DNA of 63,053 nucleotides, the filler included, from Rhabdomonas costata (lineage: Eukaryota), in the NCBI GenBank assembly GCA_019059605.1. It is 27 parts of 27 records of this genome, joined end to end, with 100 filler letters (N's around TTAATTAATTAA, not from the genome) between each part and the next. Parts side by side here need not be neighbours in the genome. Positions count along the whole stretch, not along the records: positions 35,109 to 37,347 come from JAHMHO010004615.1; positions 37,448 to 39,682 come from JAHMHO010004616.1; positions 39,783 to 42,021 come from JAHMHO010004617.1; positions 42,122 to 44,360 come from JAHMHO010004618.1; positions 44,461 to 46,698 come from JAHMHO010004619.1; positions 46,799 to 49,037 come from JAHMHO010004620.1; 21 more parts are not named here. One strand, 5' to 3'. The notes under the pieces are model-generated. The model had not been told where the DNA came from and did no database searches. It was given only the letters and a program-made list of their open reading frames with translations. Position 1 is the stretch's first letter. Each line of letters begins with the position of its first letter. This document shows positions 35,009 through 48,534 of the stretch, piece after piece. The translations under genes were made by a program, and so were the position numbers.

Positions 35009-38000
35009 NNNNNNNNNNNNNNNNNNNNNNNNNNNNNNNNNNNNNNNNNNNNTTAATTAATTAANNNNNNNNNNNNNNNNNNNNNNNNNNNNNNNNNNNN
35101 NNNNNNNNTTTTTCATTTTTCCTCCGGTAAATCATCGTTTACCGAGCTTTCAGTTTACCAACACACAAAGGGAGAGGCAGAGCGAGGCGAGACAGCGCCC
35201 CACAAGCACATTACGTTTTAGTTCCTCTCTCTTGCAGGAATCGCGCAGCTCTAGTCTGTGTGCGCCTGTGGGCAGCTTCAGTACCGAGTGAGTGATAAGA
35301 GGTCAGAGATTAGGCGACTGGTCCTTTGGTTCTCCGAGGGGGACTGCAGCAGTATTCTTTTGAAGACTCAGACCCACAGAGACAGAGAGAATTTCTTTTA
35401 CAGCTTCTTTTCTTTACCCTTCCCTCTTTTCTTTCCCGTTTGTCAACCTCACACAAAGCTTCGGGAGATGCGGAGAAGTTCTCATCCTCTTTTCATTTTG
35501 ATTCCGTTTAGTTTTCGGACTTTGTAGGTTTTGCTTCGGGTGCAACCTTCACTGTAGGAGCGGTGCCGAATGTCTGATTTCCGCGTTTCCGCGTTTCCGC
35601 GATAAGTTTCCGGTGGAGCGCCTTCTACCGTGTTCACGTACAGCTCCTTTTCTTTGTGCTTTGGTCTGATTCCCGTTGAGAAAGGTGATCGGGCGAAGAA
35701 AAAAACCCGCATCACGTGCACGAGCTTGCATGAGGTGTGAACTTGGTTCCGCCGAAGCAAGAGGCCTCTGGCCTCTTTCCGTGTATTAACCTTTCCTCCC
35801 TTCCGCTGATTACGTTCTGCGCTGCTTCCTTTATTCCCCGCCATTATGTTCCCACCGATTTCCCCAGCGGCGACTATGCTTTTGCACAGATTAGACACAC
35901 CCACACGTTTTAGAAGACGCCGCAAAAAAAAAAGCTACACACCACCGCACCCTTCTTTTCTTCTCACCAAAGCCGTGAGGGGTGAGGGAGCGGGGGTGCG
36001 AGTACCTCCGTGTGCACTCTGCTGCCGGTTGCGCCTGCTTGTGCGATATTCGTAAAAACTTCTGGGTCTGATTTGCCTTTCGCTGCATCGGAATATGCCA
36101 AGGTTCCTGCTTCTCAAGGTCTGTTCCCAAGTATCGAACCCACAACAGGCTCTTCAAAAAATGCATTATTGTGGTGAGGTGCACCTGAATTCCCCTTGCT
36201 GGTTTTCAGGGGATGGTTGTGGTCTTCCAGTGACCCCTGTGGCCTTGAATATGTCCTTATCAATGCCGGCCCCTCTGGACCTGTACCAATCCTCACCTGA
36301 ATCAACCAGGGTGTGAGGTCGGGGAGTGGGAGAAGGACCAATATCACCTTCTCTGGCGTCACTGTTCACCTGTATGCGTTCTCACCCCATGGGCCTGGCA
36401 TTGCTAATGCCGTTATCCTTGCGGTCCGTTGACGTGAGCATTGGCTCTGTGCCAGCCTCGCTAGCCCACTGTTGCTCACATCGCACAGCCTACCACTCAT
36501 TTCGTCGTTCGGAAAGCCAAAATTCTTCCATTTCTTCACTTTATTATCTAAGCCGCTGCCTCGTTTTGGATTCGCTTGCCCCAAAGGTGGCATGCGTGGA
36601 CTTTGATAAAAACAGTTCGTCTTCTACAGCTCCGGTTTTTTTTTTTTGCTTGCTTTCCCTCTCTGTTCGCCGAAGCCGAACAATGTTCCCCAGGGGTTAC
36701 GTGCGAGACCCGTACTCACCCACAGGTGTGGACGGGGTCGCCCCTACCTCCCTCCTTTGTTTTTGAGCTCGTACAAATGCGACCGAACGACCGAACAGGA
36801 CATCTGCTACTGCCAGATGGTTTTTTGTGTTTTTGCCTCCTGCTAGCTCGCTTCCGTTTTTTACTGCTCTCAGGGGTGAAAGAGCTGGAATACACCTCAC
36901 CTCTTTGTGTGAAAGACGCTCGGCAGTTTTAAGACATGCCTTTTCTCAGGTTCGCAACATTTCCAGTGGTACTTTCGCCTGACACGTGATTGAGGTACAA
37001 CTTCATCCCACCGCCAAACGGAACCAAAGCATTGCCTCTGAAAATGCCAGTTGGGTGGGCTGACATCGAATTGACATAGAATTTCATAATTTCGCTGGTT
37101 TCAGCATATTCACCGAATGAAACAACTGCTCTTTTTCCGCGACCCTGTTCAAAGGAGCACACATGGTCTTTCAATTAAAATCACAAAACTGCAAGCGTCT
37201 CTTATCCTGAGCCCGCAGTGTCGATGTATCGGTGCTGGGTGGGCAAGAGGACAATATGGAACTTCAAGGCATTCCAGGGGTCCACGTATATGCATCAATG
37301 CTTCTGATGCGGTGAAGTTCCATATTGTCCTCTTGCCCACCCAACAANNNNNNNNNNNNNNNNNNNNNNNNNNNNNNNNNNNNNNNNNNNNTTAATTAAT
37401 TAANNNNNNNNNNNNNNNNNNNNNNNNNNNNNNNNNNNNNNNNNNNNGTGTACTTGCTGGGGGTTCAGAAAAAATGGACACCCCTAACCCCAACCCTGAC
37501 CCTGAAAATGTTCCGCTTTCCGGGACCCGAGAAAAACTTTAGTGCTGTCGTGGCCGAAGCCGAATATGTGCACACAAAGAAGCTGGCTGCGTTTACCTGA
37601 CCCCCTGTGAGCTACACAACTACTAAGGGGTTGAACGTGAGCTAGGTGTGTGTGGGATGCGTTAAGCATTGTGCCGAGAATGCTACGGTTCACACAGTGC
37701 CGTCCAGTCAAAGTGCACGGTTGGTCTCTCAGAGGTGGCCCTCGCGGGCGCCCGAAGCGGGACGGGGATGCAAGGCGTGCCAGTGCCGCAGGCTTCGATC
37801 CCGAACCTCGGGCTCCTCCTCCGTCTGCCTTTCTTCGGGCAAACTTTGGGCGGTGTCGGCTGTGGACACGGCAGCCGCAGCCGCGGATGAGGGGCGTTCC
37901 ACAGAGTCCATCTTCAGCGAGAATGTAACGAGTCGATGGCAAGAAGACCTCGACGCGGATGGCAGCGGCTGGTTATTGCGAAAAACTGGTTTTGCCAAAA

Positions 38001-38589
38001 AGAAAGATTGATAATAACAGCGATAAGGACTGAAGGAGGTAAAATCGGCGCGAATCACTGCATCATCACTTCCCAAGCCATTCTTGGTACCCACAGCCAA
38101 TGTCGTCCTGAATACGCTCCTACGTTCCAGGGCGAACTCCCCTTCATAACCCTTCGGAGGAAAAGTTGGATTTTCGAACATTACAGGCACCCGCTTCTCC
38201 ATGGAAAAAAGGCCATTACTGCCAGTTCCGTTGCTCGAAAACCAGCGCGTTTCCTGCACATGTCCTCACTCATGATCGGACAGGGGTCGAAAATACCTTA
38301 TGAACCACCCAAACGGCCAAACATAGCCAAAAGAGGCACAAATTGTTTTTTTTGGGTTTCAATCCCTCCCCTCTCTCGAAGCAGGTCGCCCCCTTCCCTC
38401 CGAGTCAATGGTGGTGTGTGGCGTGAGAAGGTGCAATGTCCCTCTCAATGAACCTCTCAAAAAATTCTTCAAATCGAGCTTTGTTGGAAACTTCTACTTC
38501 CGCTAGGAAACGCCGTTTTCTCACCTACCTCTCTATCACTGTAACTCCTTTGCGCTGGAAGGACGCAACTCAAACACAACAGCTCTCGA

Positions 38590-39476
38590 CCCGTCGGCAA
38601 GTCCTCCGGTGGTGTCATCGTCAGAGCCCGTCACGGCACACAGACCTTTCCTTCCACTGAGGTCCACAGAAGCCATGCCCCTGTCATGGCCTCGCAGCAC
38701 CTCCAACGCGGGCCAACCCATCAAAGGCCATATCCGAGCGGTGTCGTCCCACGATACCGTGGCGGCAACGGGCTGGTCTTTTGCGACAGCCACCCTTATT
38801 ACCCGTGCAAGTCCAGCAATGAGAGCTAATAGGAGAGAGTGGACCAATGGGCGGACCAATACCTGATACATAGCACTTACAGAATACGTGTGCGTGCGAT
38901 TTTTTCGACGATTCTCGAAATGATTGTCTTTTTCTTGGGGGCGGGCAGCTGAACCTGAGGGACAATATTTACGGGGCAAGTGAAAAGGGAATGAAACATG
39001 CCCAATTGCATATTGTCCACATTTGCAAAGTGTTCCTGGAAATCACATAGGCTTTGACGCATTTTTGGATGTTTCTGCTGAAATTGCAATTTTTCTTCGG
39101 CCTGTGCATGAGAGGCTCAAGAGGGGTGCCTGTGTCTGGTTACCTAATCGATGTTCTTGTTTTAAGGGGTGTGGATGAGGTTAGAACCCCCAAAAACTAC
39201 GTGCTGGGTGGACGACTGGGACCGCATTAGTTTAGGGGCCAAGGTGCCCCCGGGCCAGAGCAGGCTGTTAAGGCGGGAACGTTAGCAAGGGGGCCTTTAC
39301 AGGGCTCAGTACATGGTCCACTTGGGAAATTGTCAGCCGTCACCCCGCTCCCCCCGCTCCCAACGTCAAGCGTACTGGTTCAGTGTGGCCCTGGTTGGTC
39401 ACCAAGGCGGAAGAACTGAGGAAATCGAGCCGCTCTACCGTGGAAACTGCCACTGAAGAGGCAGTCGCGGTCAAGG
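38590..39476 (-). pseudogene. Probable WD40-repeat pseudogene
   Basis: LFSGSFHGRAARF shifts frame near 39421 into LSSSALVTNQGHTEP. After an intron it continues VIRVAVAKDQPVAATVSWDDTARIW...LRGHDRGMASVDLS...VTGSDD. The required acceptor reads CGG instead of CAG. Confidence 0.6.
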
Positions 39477-39953
39477 CTGAAGCACACGCAGTACGAATAG
39501 TGAGATATGGGGCTTTCCGAAAGCTACCACAGTTGCTGCCCAGTCCGCACGTTACATGCTCCGCTGCCAGCGACGGCGACGTGGACCCCTGCAGTTTCAT
39601 GAGGACCCACCCTCCCCGATCCACGCATTCATCGACGGACTCGCGACATACCACCAAAAGGTTTCCGTTGGATTTTCCGGGGNNNNNNNNNNNNNNNNNN
39701 NNNNNNNNNNNNNNNNNNNNNNNNNNTTAATTAATTAANNNNNNNNNNNNNNNNNNNNNNNNNNNNNNNNNNNNNNNNNNNNTTTTGGGGGGTTTCCCAC
39801 CCACATAAACCATCAACCATGTGAAGAGGGATGTGAAGAGGGATCAACGGCTACACACTACTTTCACACAACTGTCCAAAACAACTTTCGTTCGCGCGTC
39901 TAGGTCAAGCTTCTGCGGTGAAGCTGAAATGAGAGTTTGGGTTCGCGCCGCAC

Positions 39954-41281
39954 CAAGAAGAGCATGTGCTCGATGAAGTGAGTCAGCCCGGGAAGGTCTA
40001 CAGGATCGCTGAACGACCCGACGTTCACCTAAAGGCACAGAAAGAAGAAAAACTGCCCCAGCATATTGCTGCGCTGTGGATCAGTAACCTGGAAACCAAG
40101 AAACACCCTTGTCTCAGAAGGGAGTCTGTGCTCGTAGAAAATTCAACAACGGTTTGAGCAATTCCAAAGGTGATCTTTCATGTCAGAGGACCGGGGCACA
40201 CCGTTCAGTGGTAGCGAAATAATCGTTGATTGTTCTAAGCTGTTTTGGGGCAGTGAACATGTGTGCGTGCATGGTCGACAATCGACAATCGCACACCGTA
40301 CGTGCCACGTCACTCGCATGTGTTCTTTCTTTGCCACACCCTAGGCGCCGGTCGTGAATGTATGCGTATATGTGTGTGTGCATCCGTTGTACGCAACACA
40401 TCGGAGAGCCACCACAACACAGCGGAGAGACCAACCAAACCAATGACAAGCCAGCCTTCACCTCCCAGGAGGAGGGACTGAGTTCGTTTGAGATTCTCGC
40501 GAATGCACAAGCTGAGCAGCCACGAGGGCACCACAGAGGGCATACGTCCAGGGACGCGGCAGCTACTGAGGTGCCCGGCTCGCTCACCGTCAACACTGCG
40601 CAAGACAAGGCACAGGCAATAGGCTTCCGCGTTGCTACCCTTTCTCCGAAACGCTCGGCACCCACATAAAAGGATGCCCCAGAAAAAGATGCCAAGTTCA
40701 CCAACAGTCCAAATTAAAGTGCTTGAAATTCACGCCGCGCAAAGGTACGGAGACACCACCCCACATTTCAAGGGCTTTCAAGGGCTTCTTTTCGGCCTAC
40801 TGAAGAGTCCGCAACGAGATGTGCGCGCCAGAATCCCATCCGAGTCCATTTGTAGCATCCCAGAGCCTTCCTCATCGATTTCTGTAACATCCTGACCACT
40901 CCGCTGCATCAGACCACATGCAGCCCATCTTCTGTCAGCTATCAGCGATTGTAGTTGTCTTTCAAACTGAGCAGTACTTCTTTGGAAGCAGATTCGGAAG
41001 TGCTCTCCTTCTTTATGGCTCTTGTATGGTTGGTGTCGGCGGACGGCTGCAAATGTACTGAGCCGCTGTATGTAACAAGCAAATCCACTGACTTGACCAG
41101 GCGCAGAATCACACACCACCGCACAACGACATTCGGAAAAGATTTTGAGCGGGTGAGGAGAGAGGGAGGGAGACAGAGCAAAGGCAGGGGTGCAAGGCAG
41201 ACCTGGCAGCTGGTTCGGGAGAGTGAAGTAGTCATAGGTGCGCTTGGGATCCAAGGGAGCTATGAGCTCGACCTGGGACAT
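39954..41281 (-). CDS. IDE: Insulysin / insulin-degrading enzyme-like M16A metallopeptidase (first 3 exons)
   Basis: Exons 41281-41203, 40595-40546 and 40028-39954 give MSQVELIAPLDPKRTYDYFTLPNQLPVLTVSEPGTSVAAASLDVNVGSFSDPVDLPGLTHFIEHMLFL, with the HxxEH zinc motif. Confidence 0.9.
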
Positions 41282-42689
41282 GCTCTTCCTCAGATTGGCT
41301 CGTCTAGTACGGTCTCTCAAGGCAGAGCGGGGGCAGTGCGCAAAGAGAGCACGAAGAGAGAACACAAAGGTTGAAATGCACAGAAAGGAGGGGGGGGCAA
41401 GTATGAAACGCTGGCGCCTGTGGAGCAAGTAGCAGTAACCGAAGGGTAGCTGAGGACTATAGATGGCGGTGGGGGTTATTCTTTCCATGCATAACTCTGA
41501 GGGGCGCAAGATATATCACGGCGTGGGCCAAAGGGACAGATAATCCTAATTTTATAAGGGGGGCTTCATTGCGAGACTCCTCTAACACTCAAATGAACGA
41601 AGGATGGTGTGACCCGCCCTGCTCAAGGGCCACGGGATAATATACAGCTCACCTGAGTTCAGTCAGCGGTTCATCAGTAGCACTGGAGGACAAACCAAAC
41701 CTTTTTTGCAACGAGTGATTAGCAGGCGCGTTTTCTCCAGTTTTTTCCTGGAATATTGTCCACAGTTGCGGCACAGCCAATGCTATTGATCCCGATTAAA
41801 GCCCATCCAGCAGTGTCTTTGTCCACATCAGTTAAAACGAAAGTCTTCCAGATCACAGTCCAACTGCGGAACGGACCTCTTTCTTTGCAGTTATTTCTTT
41901 GCACTTTTTAACAACTTGCAAGCATCTTTTATCAGCGTAAAAAGAGCGCTTGTATCCAAATAATGATTGCTCAGCAATGCCTTTGCCCCAGCTTTTGCGA
42001 ATCAATTTTACAAACAACCCCNNNNNNNNNNNNNNNNNNNNNNNNNNNNNNNNNNNNNNNNNNNNTTAATTAATTAANNNNNNNNNNNNNNNNNNNNNNN
42101 NNNNNNNNNNNNNNNNNNNNNGGGGTTGGGGGTCTGAACCATCTGCCGACAAGGGGCACAGGATATAATTGTAGTGGAGGGGGGTACTTAAAAGAAACAG
42201 TTGTTATCGTGCTTACTATTGGAAATCACTGAGGGAATGGTGGGGGGTTTGTAGAGTGTAGAGTGTAGAGAACCTCTTGGTTGAGGAATCCCACTTTCGG
42301 AGCTGTGACGGTTGCGGGGACTGGACAAGTATAGTTCAGCCAAATGCGGGGTAGGGGCGGCTTTTTCTCAAACCGCTGATCACATTTTTCAAAGGAAAAA
42401 TGATTACCTGAAGAAATTGTGATTCCCACTGGTTTCCACCATTACGACTGCAAATTAGGATTTTTTTTAGCACCACGCAAAGGAATACGCTACGAGTTTC
42501 CAACAGAAGCCCAAAGGCTTTCACACGCGCGTGGGGGTTTTCCCATTCGCTCTGGTCTGGCCAGGGCTGAAAAGCATGTTGAGGTGTAACCCCACTTTTG
42601 CAATGATATTCGTATGACAGCATTATCTCAGTAAAGCAACCGAGCAAAACAAGAGGCCCGGGAGGAGAGGCAGAACGAGCGGGGCAAGC

Positions 42690-44290
42690 TACAGGATCGA
42701 CCTCGCTGCCGGCGTTGCCGCTGGGCGGTTCATCCACGGAGACCCGTGGAGGCCTGGGGGGCGGGCTGCCCCGACCGGAAGTCTTGGCGGCAACACCCGC
42801 ATGTCCAGGGGGCTGCAAAACACAAAAAGCATCACATATATGGGTTAGTCCTATGACTGCAACAGGAACACGAGGGGCAGGGGGGCTGCGGCATGGCAAG
42901 GCGCGGTATGGGAGGGAAGCGAGAACTCGGTGAAGAGGTAGAGACTAGTGATGGAAGATGAGGTGATGTATGGGTGGGTAAAAGCGAATGTTAGCTCCGT
43001 CAGCGCTGTGGACTTAGGGAGACAGAGGGTTCGTTGGTGCAACTTGGAGGGCCGTCGCCGTGCAGTTACGAAGAAGAAACGAGAAATCCGGCCCACTGGA
43101 CCGGGACATGAAAAAATTGAGAAAAGGATGGGCAAAGGTAGTAAAAAAAAATACAGGGTGCGCGTACACGCACGTGCTCGACGTGCACGACGTGCTCGTT
43201 TCTGCTTGCATGTCCTTACTGAGTTTGCTTCAGCTCGGAAAAACTGTTGGGGGAGGAGACCTCAGGGTTGAGTAGCTAAAGAGTGAAGTTTTGTTCTCTG
43301 CCGAAGAGTTTCTTTGTGAATGGTTTCGTGGGGCAGACCTCGTTGCTTGGAACTTCAGCGGGCCGCGGCTGGGGCGGGTCCTCCGCTGGGGCCTTGGCAG
43401 GCTTTGGGGAGACAGAGCTCTTGCCCCCGCTGCTGGCCCCACCGGTAGACGGCTGACACTGTTTTGATGGACGCAGAGTCGCAATGAGAGGGGAAAGGTT
43501 CTGGGGTTCCTGAGGTTCAGTGAGAACAAAAAATAACGGTTCAATGGGGACGGTGCAGCAATTGTTTTCGCATTGGCTCTAAGGTTATTTACACTCGGAA
43601 CCTCAACCAATGATAGGAGACAGCTGTCCATTCGAAGTCTTTTTCCCAAAATAAATGCCGTCATGTGCTCTGTAATTAACCCGCCTGAAAATAGCAAAAG
43701 ATACAGAATAGAGTGAAAGTGCTTTCTAGGCACCACGGGTGTTCATGGTGATTTTTTTTGAAGCGAGTGCGGATTTTGTGAGCGGGCGGCTTCTGGTGGT
43801 GAAAACGTGAAGTTCAGGTCTGAACTCAGCTGTGTGCTGTGGGGCAGTTCTGACTTCACGGTATGCAGTACATTATTTCGCATGAGACGCACGCGGCTTT
43901 GAAGGATTTGGCAAGCTGGCATCTTTGTTGGGCTACGAAGGGGAAAAGTGGACAGAGACTACAATCTCTCTCCCTTCGCTGAAGGGTTTTCAACGATGCT
44001 GCATATTGATGAATCTCGGGGGTGAAGGGCGGGTGTGGGCAGGCAGAAGCCCGAATAACGAAGAGTTAGCACATCAGAAACGCAAAAGCAGATGAAGAGG
44101 GAAGAGGACCTCTCCAGTGATGCCACTGAGGCGGTTGTCCGTTGCGGTGCCATCTGAGAGGACCTTGAAGGGCTGCGGCGCAGTGGCGTGGGAGGCGCTC
44201 TTCCCGGTGCTGCTGGCGCAGCCCATTTACTTGGTGCCCGGTGCTGCAGGCGAGACAACAATTGTTCTTCTCCTTCTCCTTCTGCTTCTG
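42690..44290 (-). CDS. Pro/Ser-rich hypothetical protein exons
   Basis: Several GC-rich low-complexity segments (e.g. PPGHAGVAAKTSGRGSPPPRPPRVSVDEPP) follow pyrimidine-AG sites. No family recognised. Confidence 0.3.
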
Positions 44291-44460
44291 CTTCTTCTTA
44301 TGTCAGTGAAGTGGGTCAGTGGGTCAGCGGGGCCGTGTGAGGCGCAAGCAAACCAACCCCNNNNNNNNNNNNNNNNNNNNNNNNNNNNNNNNNNNNNNNN
44401 NNNNTTAATTAATTAANNNNNNNNNNNNNNNNNNNNNNNNNNNNNNNNNNNNNNNNNNNN

Positions 44461-44990
44461 GTGTGGGGTGTGTTGGGGGGTGGGTGGGAGCATCACGCTA
44501 AACTTTCGCGGCAGCTGCCTCCAGGGAGGTCGCTGTGTTGCCGAAGGGTACAGGCGGTGGTGAAAAAGAGGAAGGCGTAATCTCCTGATTGCCAGCTTCT
44601 CTCTGCGTACAGGTTTTCAATGTTTTGGATTCAGCAGACCAATTTCTTTCACTCTCGTGCTAACGGTCGGAAACCGAGCCTGCATTTCTTGCAGGTTGTG
44701 CACCTGACGAAGCTTGTCCTTTTTGTTGTGATATCCCGTGGTCTTTTCCCCTCAAGTGGAAAGGGAAACAAAGCGAGAACCTGCCCAAGGTACCGGAGAA
44801 GCTGGAGAAGTTCAAGAGCAGTAGGGTCAGAGGTTGGGGGTTACGCACCGATGAGGTCGCCCCGAGCGGCCTTCCCGCGGAGCTCCTCAAGAGTCCCGGT
44901 GATTTCTTGTTCGGCCTCCCGAAGCGCGGCCTGCCGCCAGCCCTCCGGCAGCACCGCACTCACCTTCTCCGTGAGTCGTTGCCCCGCCAT
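44461..44990 (-). CDS. Hypothetical protein, 5' part (MAGQRLTEKVSAVLPEGWRQAALREAEQEITGTLEELRGK...)
   Basis: ATG at 44990 follows a pyrimidine/AG tract. GC3-rich coiled-coil-like frame followed by small exons. Confidence 0.45.
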
Positions 44991-45662
44991 CGCTTTTCTG
45001 GAGACGGGCGACTGCTGGGAGAGCTGATCGGGAGAATGCAATATAAAAAGTTTCAAACGAGGGCGATTGAAACAAGAAGACGGGGGGGGGGAGGCTAAAG
45101 GTTGAAAGAAAGAGCTTTGCAGAGAAGGGAGTGGGGTGCCAAACAAAGGTGGAGAGATGTTAGGTGCGCGGTAATGTGTTCTTGCGCCTTTTTTCTTTGA
45201 GAAGAAAGGATCTGCCGTTTAATGCCTGATGACTGATGACGCCGAAACGTATGCCAAGTTGTCACTGCAATTACATGCCACATGCCACGGATGTGGGATA
45301 ATTGCGTTGGGGTGAAATGAGGTGAAAGGACAAAACCAGGTTTCGAAATGCTTTCTTTGCGGGGAGAACGCTTATTCTGAAATCGGACCAAATACCTTGG
45401 CACTACCATACCTTGCCTTGGCACCCCAACGGCATAAAAAAAATATCCGGATTTCGGCCAACCTTCGCAATACACCCACCTGCCATGCCAACCCCTCAAA
45501 CAGGAAGGTCAGCAAGAAAAACTATACGCTCTGCACTGTACACTGGCAACTCAAGGAGCAGCCCCCAACACCGACCCACTTGTGCCTCCGCAAGCGAGTC
45601 GCTCTACACAGCACTCAAGAGTGCTCCACAATCATCCCAATGTGAAACTGCCCCCGCATCCC

Positions 45663-46303
45663 TTATGGCTCGGGAAGCGCGCCACGGCAGATCGGGCACT
45701 CCATCTTGTACACCATCCACTGGCTCAGGCACTCCATGTGGAACAGGTGGTCGCACGGCGTAAGCATGTACAGCGCCCGCTCGTTGGTGTCTATGGGGTT
45801 GCGGCAGATCACGCAGTCCACCCCCCCCCCCTCACTGCTGCTCGTGCTACTCCGGCCTACAGGTTCAGCCACTGCCGATGACCCAGCCTCGATATCCGCA
45901 GTGGGGCCTCCACCTCGTGCGGGCGCAGTTTCCTGTGCGGTAACGCGTCTCTTGTACGGCCGGCTGTAGTTGTACCGCGACGGGAGCAGGAAGGGGGGCA
46001 CTAGGATCCTGGGGTGGGTGTAGTGCTGCAGCAGCAGGACCCCTGCAGTGCTGCTGTACACCACCAGCCAGGCCAGAAGCACCCCTGGCCTGGGGGAAAG
46101 CCGGAGGAAGTTCCCGGGATAGCCCAGGAAGTACACCACGGGCAGGGCCTGGATGCACGAGGTGACAATGATAAACTGGGGCTGCAGCGGGCGCGGGGCG
46201 TTCCGAGTGGCGCTGTGGAGGATCTGGGGAAGCCAGAAGCCAAAGGTCAGGAAGACCACGTAGGCGTGCAGCAGCAGCACCAGGCGCCACAACAGGTACA
46301 TCT
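45663..46303 (-). CDS. Transmembrane RING-H2 E3 ubiquitin ligase, TUL1/FLY1-like (last exon)
   Basis: FWLPQI...RN...PL...FI...YFLGYPGNFL TM region, YNY motif and C-terminal DCVICRNPI...YMLTPCDHLFHMECLSQWMVYKMECPICRGALP, ending in TAA. Confidence 0.92.
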
Positions 46304-47491
46304 CTGCAGTGAGAGAAAGAACACACTACCTGGCAACCCAACACAACAGACTCCGTTATCGACACAACCTCTTGCCTTGACTCTCGAGCTCAACGGGAGA
46401 TGCGAGATCATAAGTCACCCCAAAGCCCTTGCGATGCCTGAGAAGGTCTGGGGAATCACCGTTACTGCGCTGAAAAATCGAGTCCAAAGGCATCAATCGG
46501 TAATGCGATATAGCTATCGCGAGAAGTAGCGAGACATGGGCGCCGGGCTCGCAAGCAACTTCAAACAAAGCGAACCCGCAGTGAAGTTGCTAGAACATGG
46601 AATGTCAAGTAGGGAGAAGAAGAAGTTGCCTTTGCGCTGTAAAATGACCCAAATCAATCCGAAGAGACTTCGTGACGAGTCCTTAACCCCACCACACCNN
46701 NNNNNNNNNNNNNNNNNNNNNNNNNNNNNNNNNNNNNNNNNNTTAATTAATTAANNNNNNNNNNNNNNNNNNNNNNNNNNNNNNNNNNNNNNNNNNNNCG
46801 CCCGGTGTGGGGCGGGTGGAGTGTGGGCCAATCGGGTGCCCCCGTGGAGACGGCCCTAAGAGAAGGTGGAGCGACTGTGAAAAGCAGAACGAAACCGCAG
46901 CCGCAGCATGAGCAGCGCTTGGCTACATCAGTTTTCAGAAAGACTTGAGGCAGGACGGGCATCTCGGACACACTTGACAACTTGGGAAGCTGTGCGAGCA
47001 CCGGTAGGACCCCAGCTGTTCTGGATCTCTGCTGCGTCATGGTGTATTTTGGGAACCGGGATTCGTCAGAACGTGGGATTGCACTGTGTCCGCTCTGTGG
47101 GAGCCAGCTTGTTCATAATTCTCAGCTCGAATTGTTTGTTTTTAAAATGCCTGCGAAGGGACTGTGGGGTGTTGGTTACCTGTAGTGGGGTGCGTCCAGA
47201 GTTGAGAGGTGGACTTGACAAAGCCCTTCTGTTTGTATAGCTCCTCCCAGGAATGAGTGTCCAATGCTTCGGAAGGGTAACGGAAGGTTTGATCCGTCTG
47301 CAAGGATTGGTAAATGGGTCGCGTTTGCCGTCTCCAATTGGAAGGCACATTGGTGAGTAAGCACACTGAAAGAGAGACAGGGTGGCTCCAAAGCCACACG
47401 CCCATACTCTGCTGAAAAGGGAATACACTAGATTTGGAGTTTCGGACCAGACCATTGTTTCCGGGCTTGGAACAGGTTCTTCTTTCTGCAG

Positions 47492-48534
47492 GACATCCCA
47501 AAAAGATGTTGCAGTCGGGGTTTATCCCGTTTTAGCTCTGTTCAAGCAACATGGGCGAGGGAAGACTCGCTTGAACAACCATCTAGAGGTGGTAGTAGGG
47601 TACCAGACCTCCCGCCCCCGATTTCGCCCCGCTCGCCTCTCCGAGGGGACGACTGTGCAGCCCTCCTCACTGACGCTTCCCCGAGTGACTTCCCTGAGAG
47701 TGGTGGCGCATACCTTCCACCACACCCCACAGAGCTGCCAAGCGGAGGACTCGGCGAACCGAGGCTGGCGATGGGATCCTTTGGAGCAGGTCTCTTTTGC
47801 CGCCCCACTCGCGCGCTTGTCTCTTCCTTTTCTGCTATTCGCTCTTTTTGTCAGAAAAAGCAAAGGGGACACCATCACATTTTTGCGTTGCCTTTTTTTG
47901 GGGGGGGGCACACAAAAGCAGTCCGTTTTTGCACGTCCATCGTTTTTTGCTCGTGCCACCTCAAAGGTGAGAGGTGATGAGAGTTACCAATATCATTCCT
48001 TGTGAACTTGCGGCGGAAGTCTTTGAGATGATGTACAATTCCTCTGGTTGTGATGACGGTCATTTGGGGAGAATCCCCACCCATATATGATTTAGAAGTC
48101 TGCGTTCTGTCTACGTTCTCCATGTGCTCAGTATTTTTTGTAGAGGGTCGGAATGCGTCACCGGCATTGAACGGTTCGTGATTGTTGTCTTCGAGCACCT
48201 TTCGCGAATTGAACCTTTGGAACACCACTTTTGTTCAATTTGGTACTTTTTGTGTTCCCACTTTGCCTTTTTTGTTCAGTTCTTCGTTTTTCTGTTTCGG
48301 GTTGAAACTTCAAAGGCATTACATCAGAAGGTTCTGCCAGGACAGCCTGTGGTGTACTCCATCAGCGTGCGGTGGGTCGAGCAGCCGCCTCTGTCACCGC
48401 AACCGCCCCGACAGCTCCCCAGCCATCCGTTCTCATCGGCATCCCCTCCACTTTCCCATCCTGTGGTGGCCGCGGAGGCGTCCCCCTCCCCTTCTGGCGA
48501 GCCGCAGGGCGTGCCGTGGCACAGCGAGATCCCC
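47492..48534 (+). CDS. Hypothetical protein exons
   Basis: AG/GT-bounded open exons at 47492-47789 and about 48316-48534 (ALHQKVLPGQPVVYSISVRWVE + Pro-rich). No family recognised. Confidence 0.4.

Noticed and set aside
36210..36320. TGA within a GC3-rich frame (PVPILT*INQG)
   Set aside because: An alternative frame is open up to a GT donor, and the protein is not recognisable.
41500..41710. Possible small RNA or hammerhead ribozyme (CTGATGA on the minus strand, T-run at the end on plus)
   Set aside because: No matching GAAA core, stems or convincing box C/D pair could be built.
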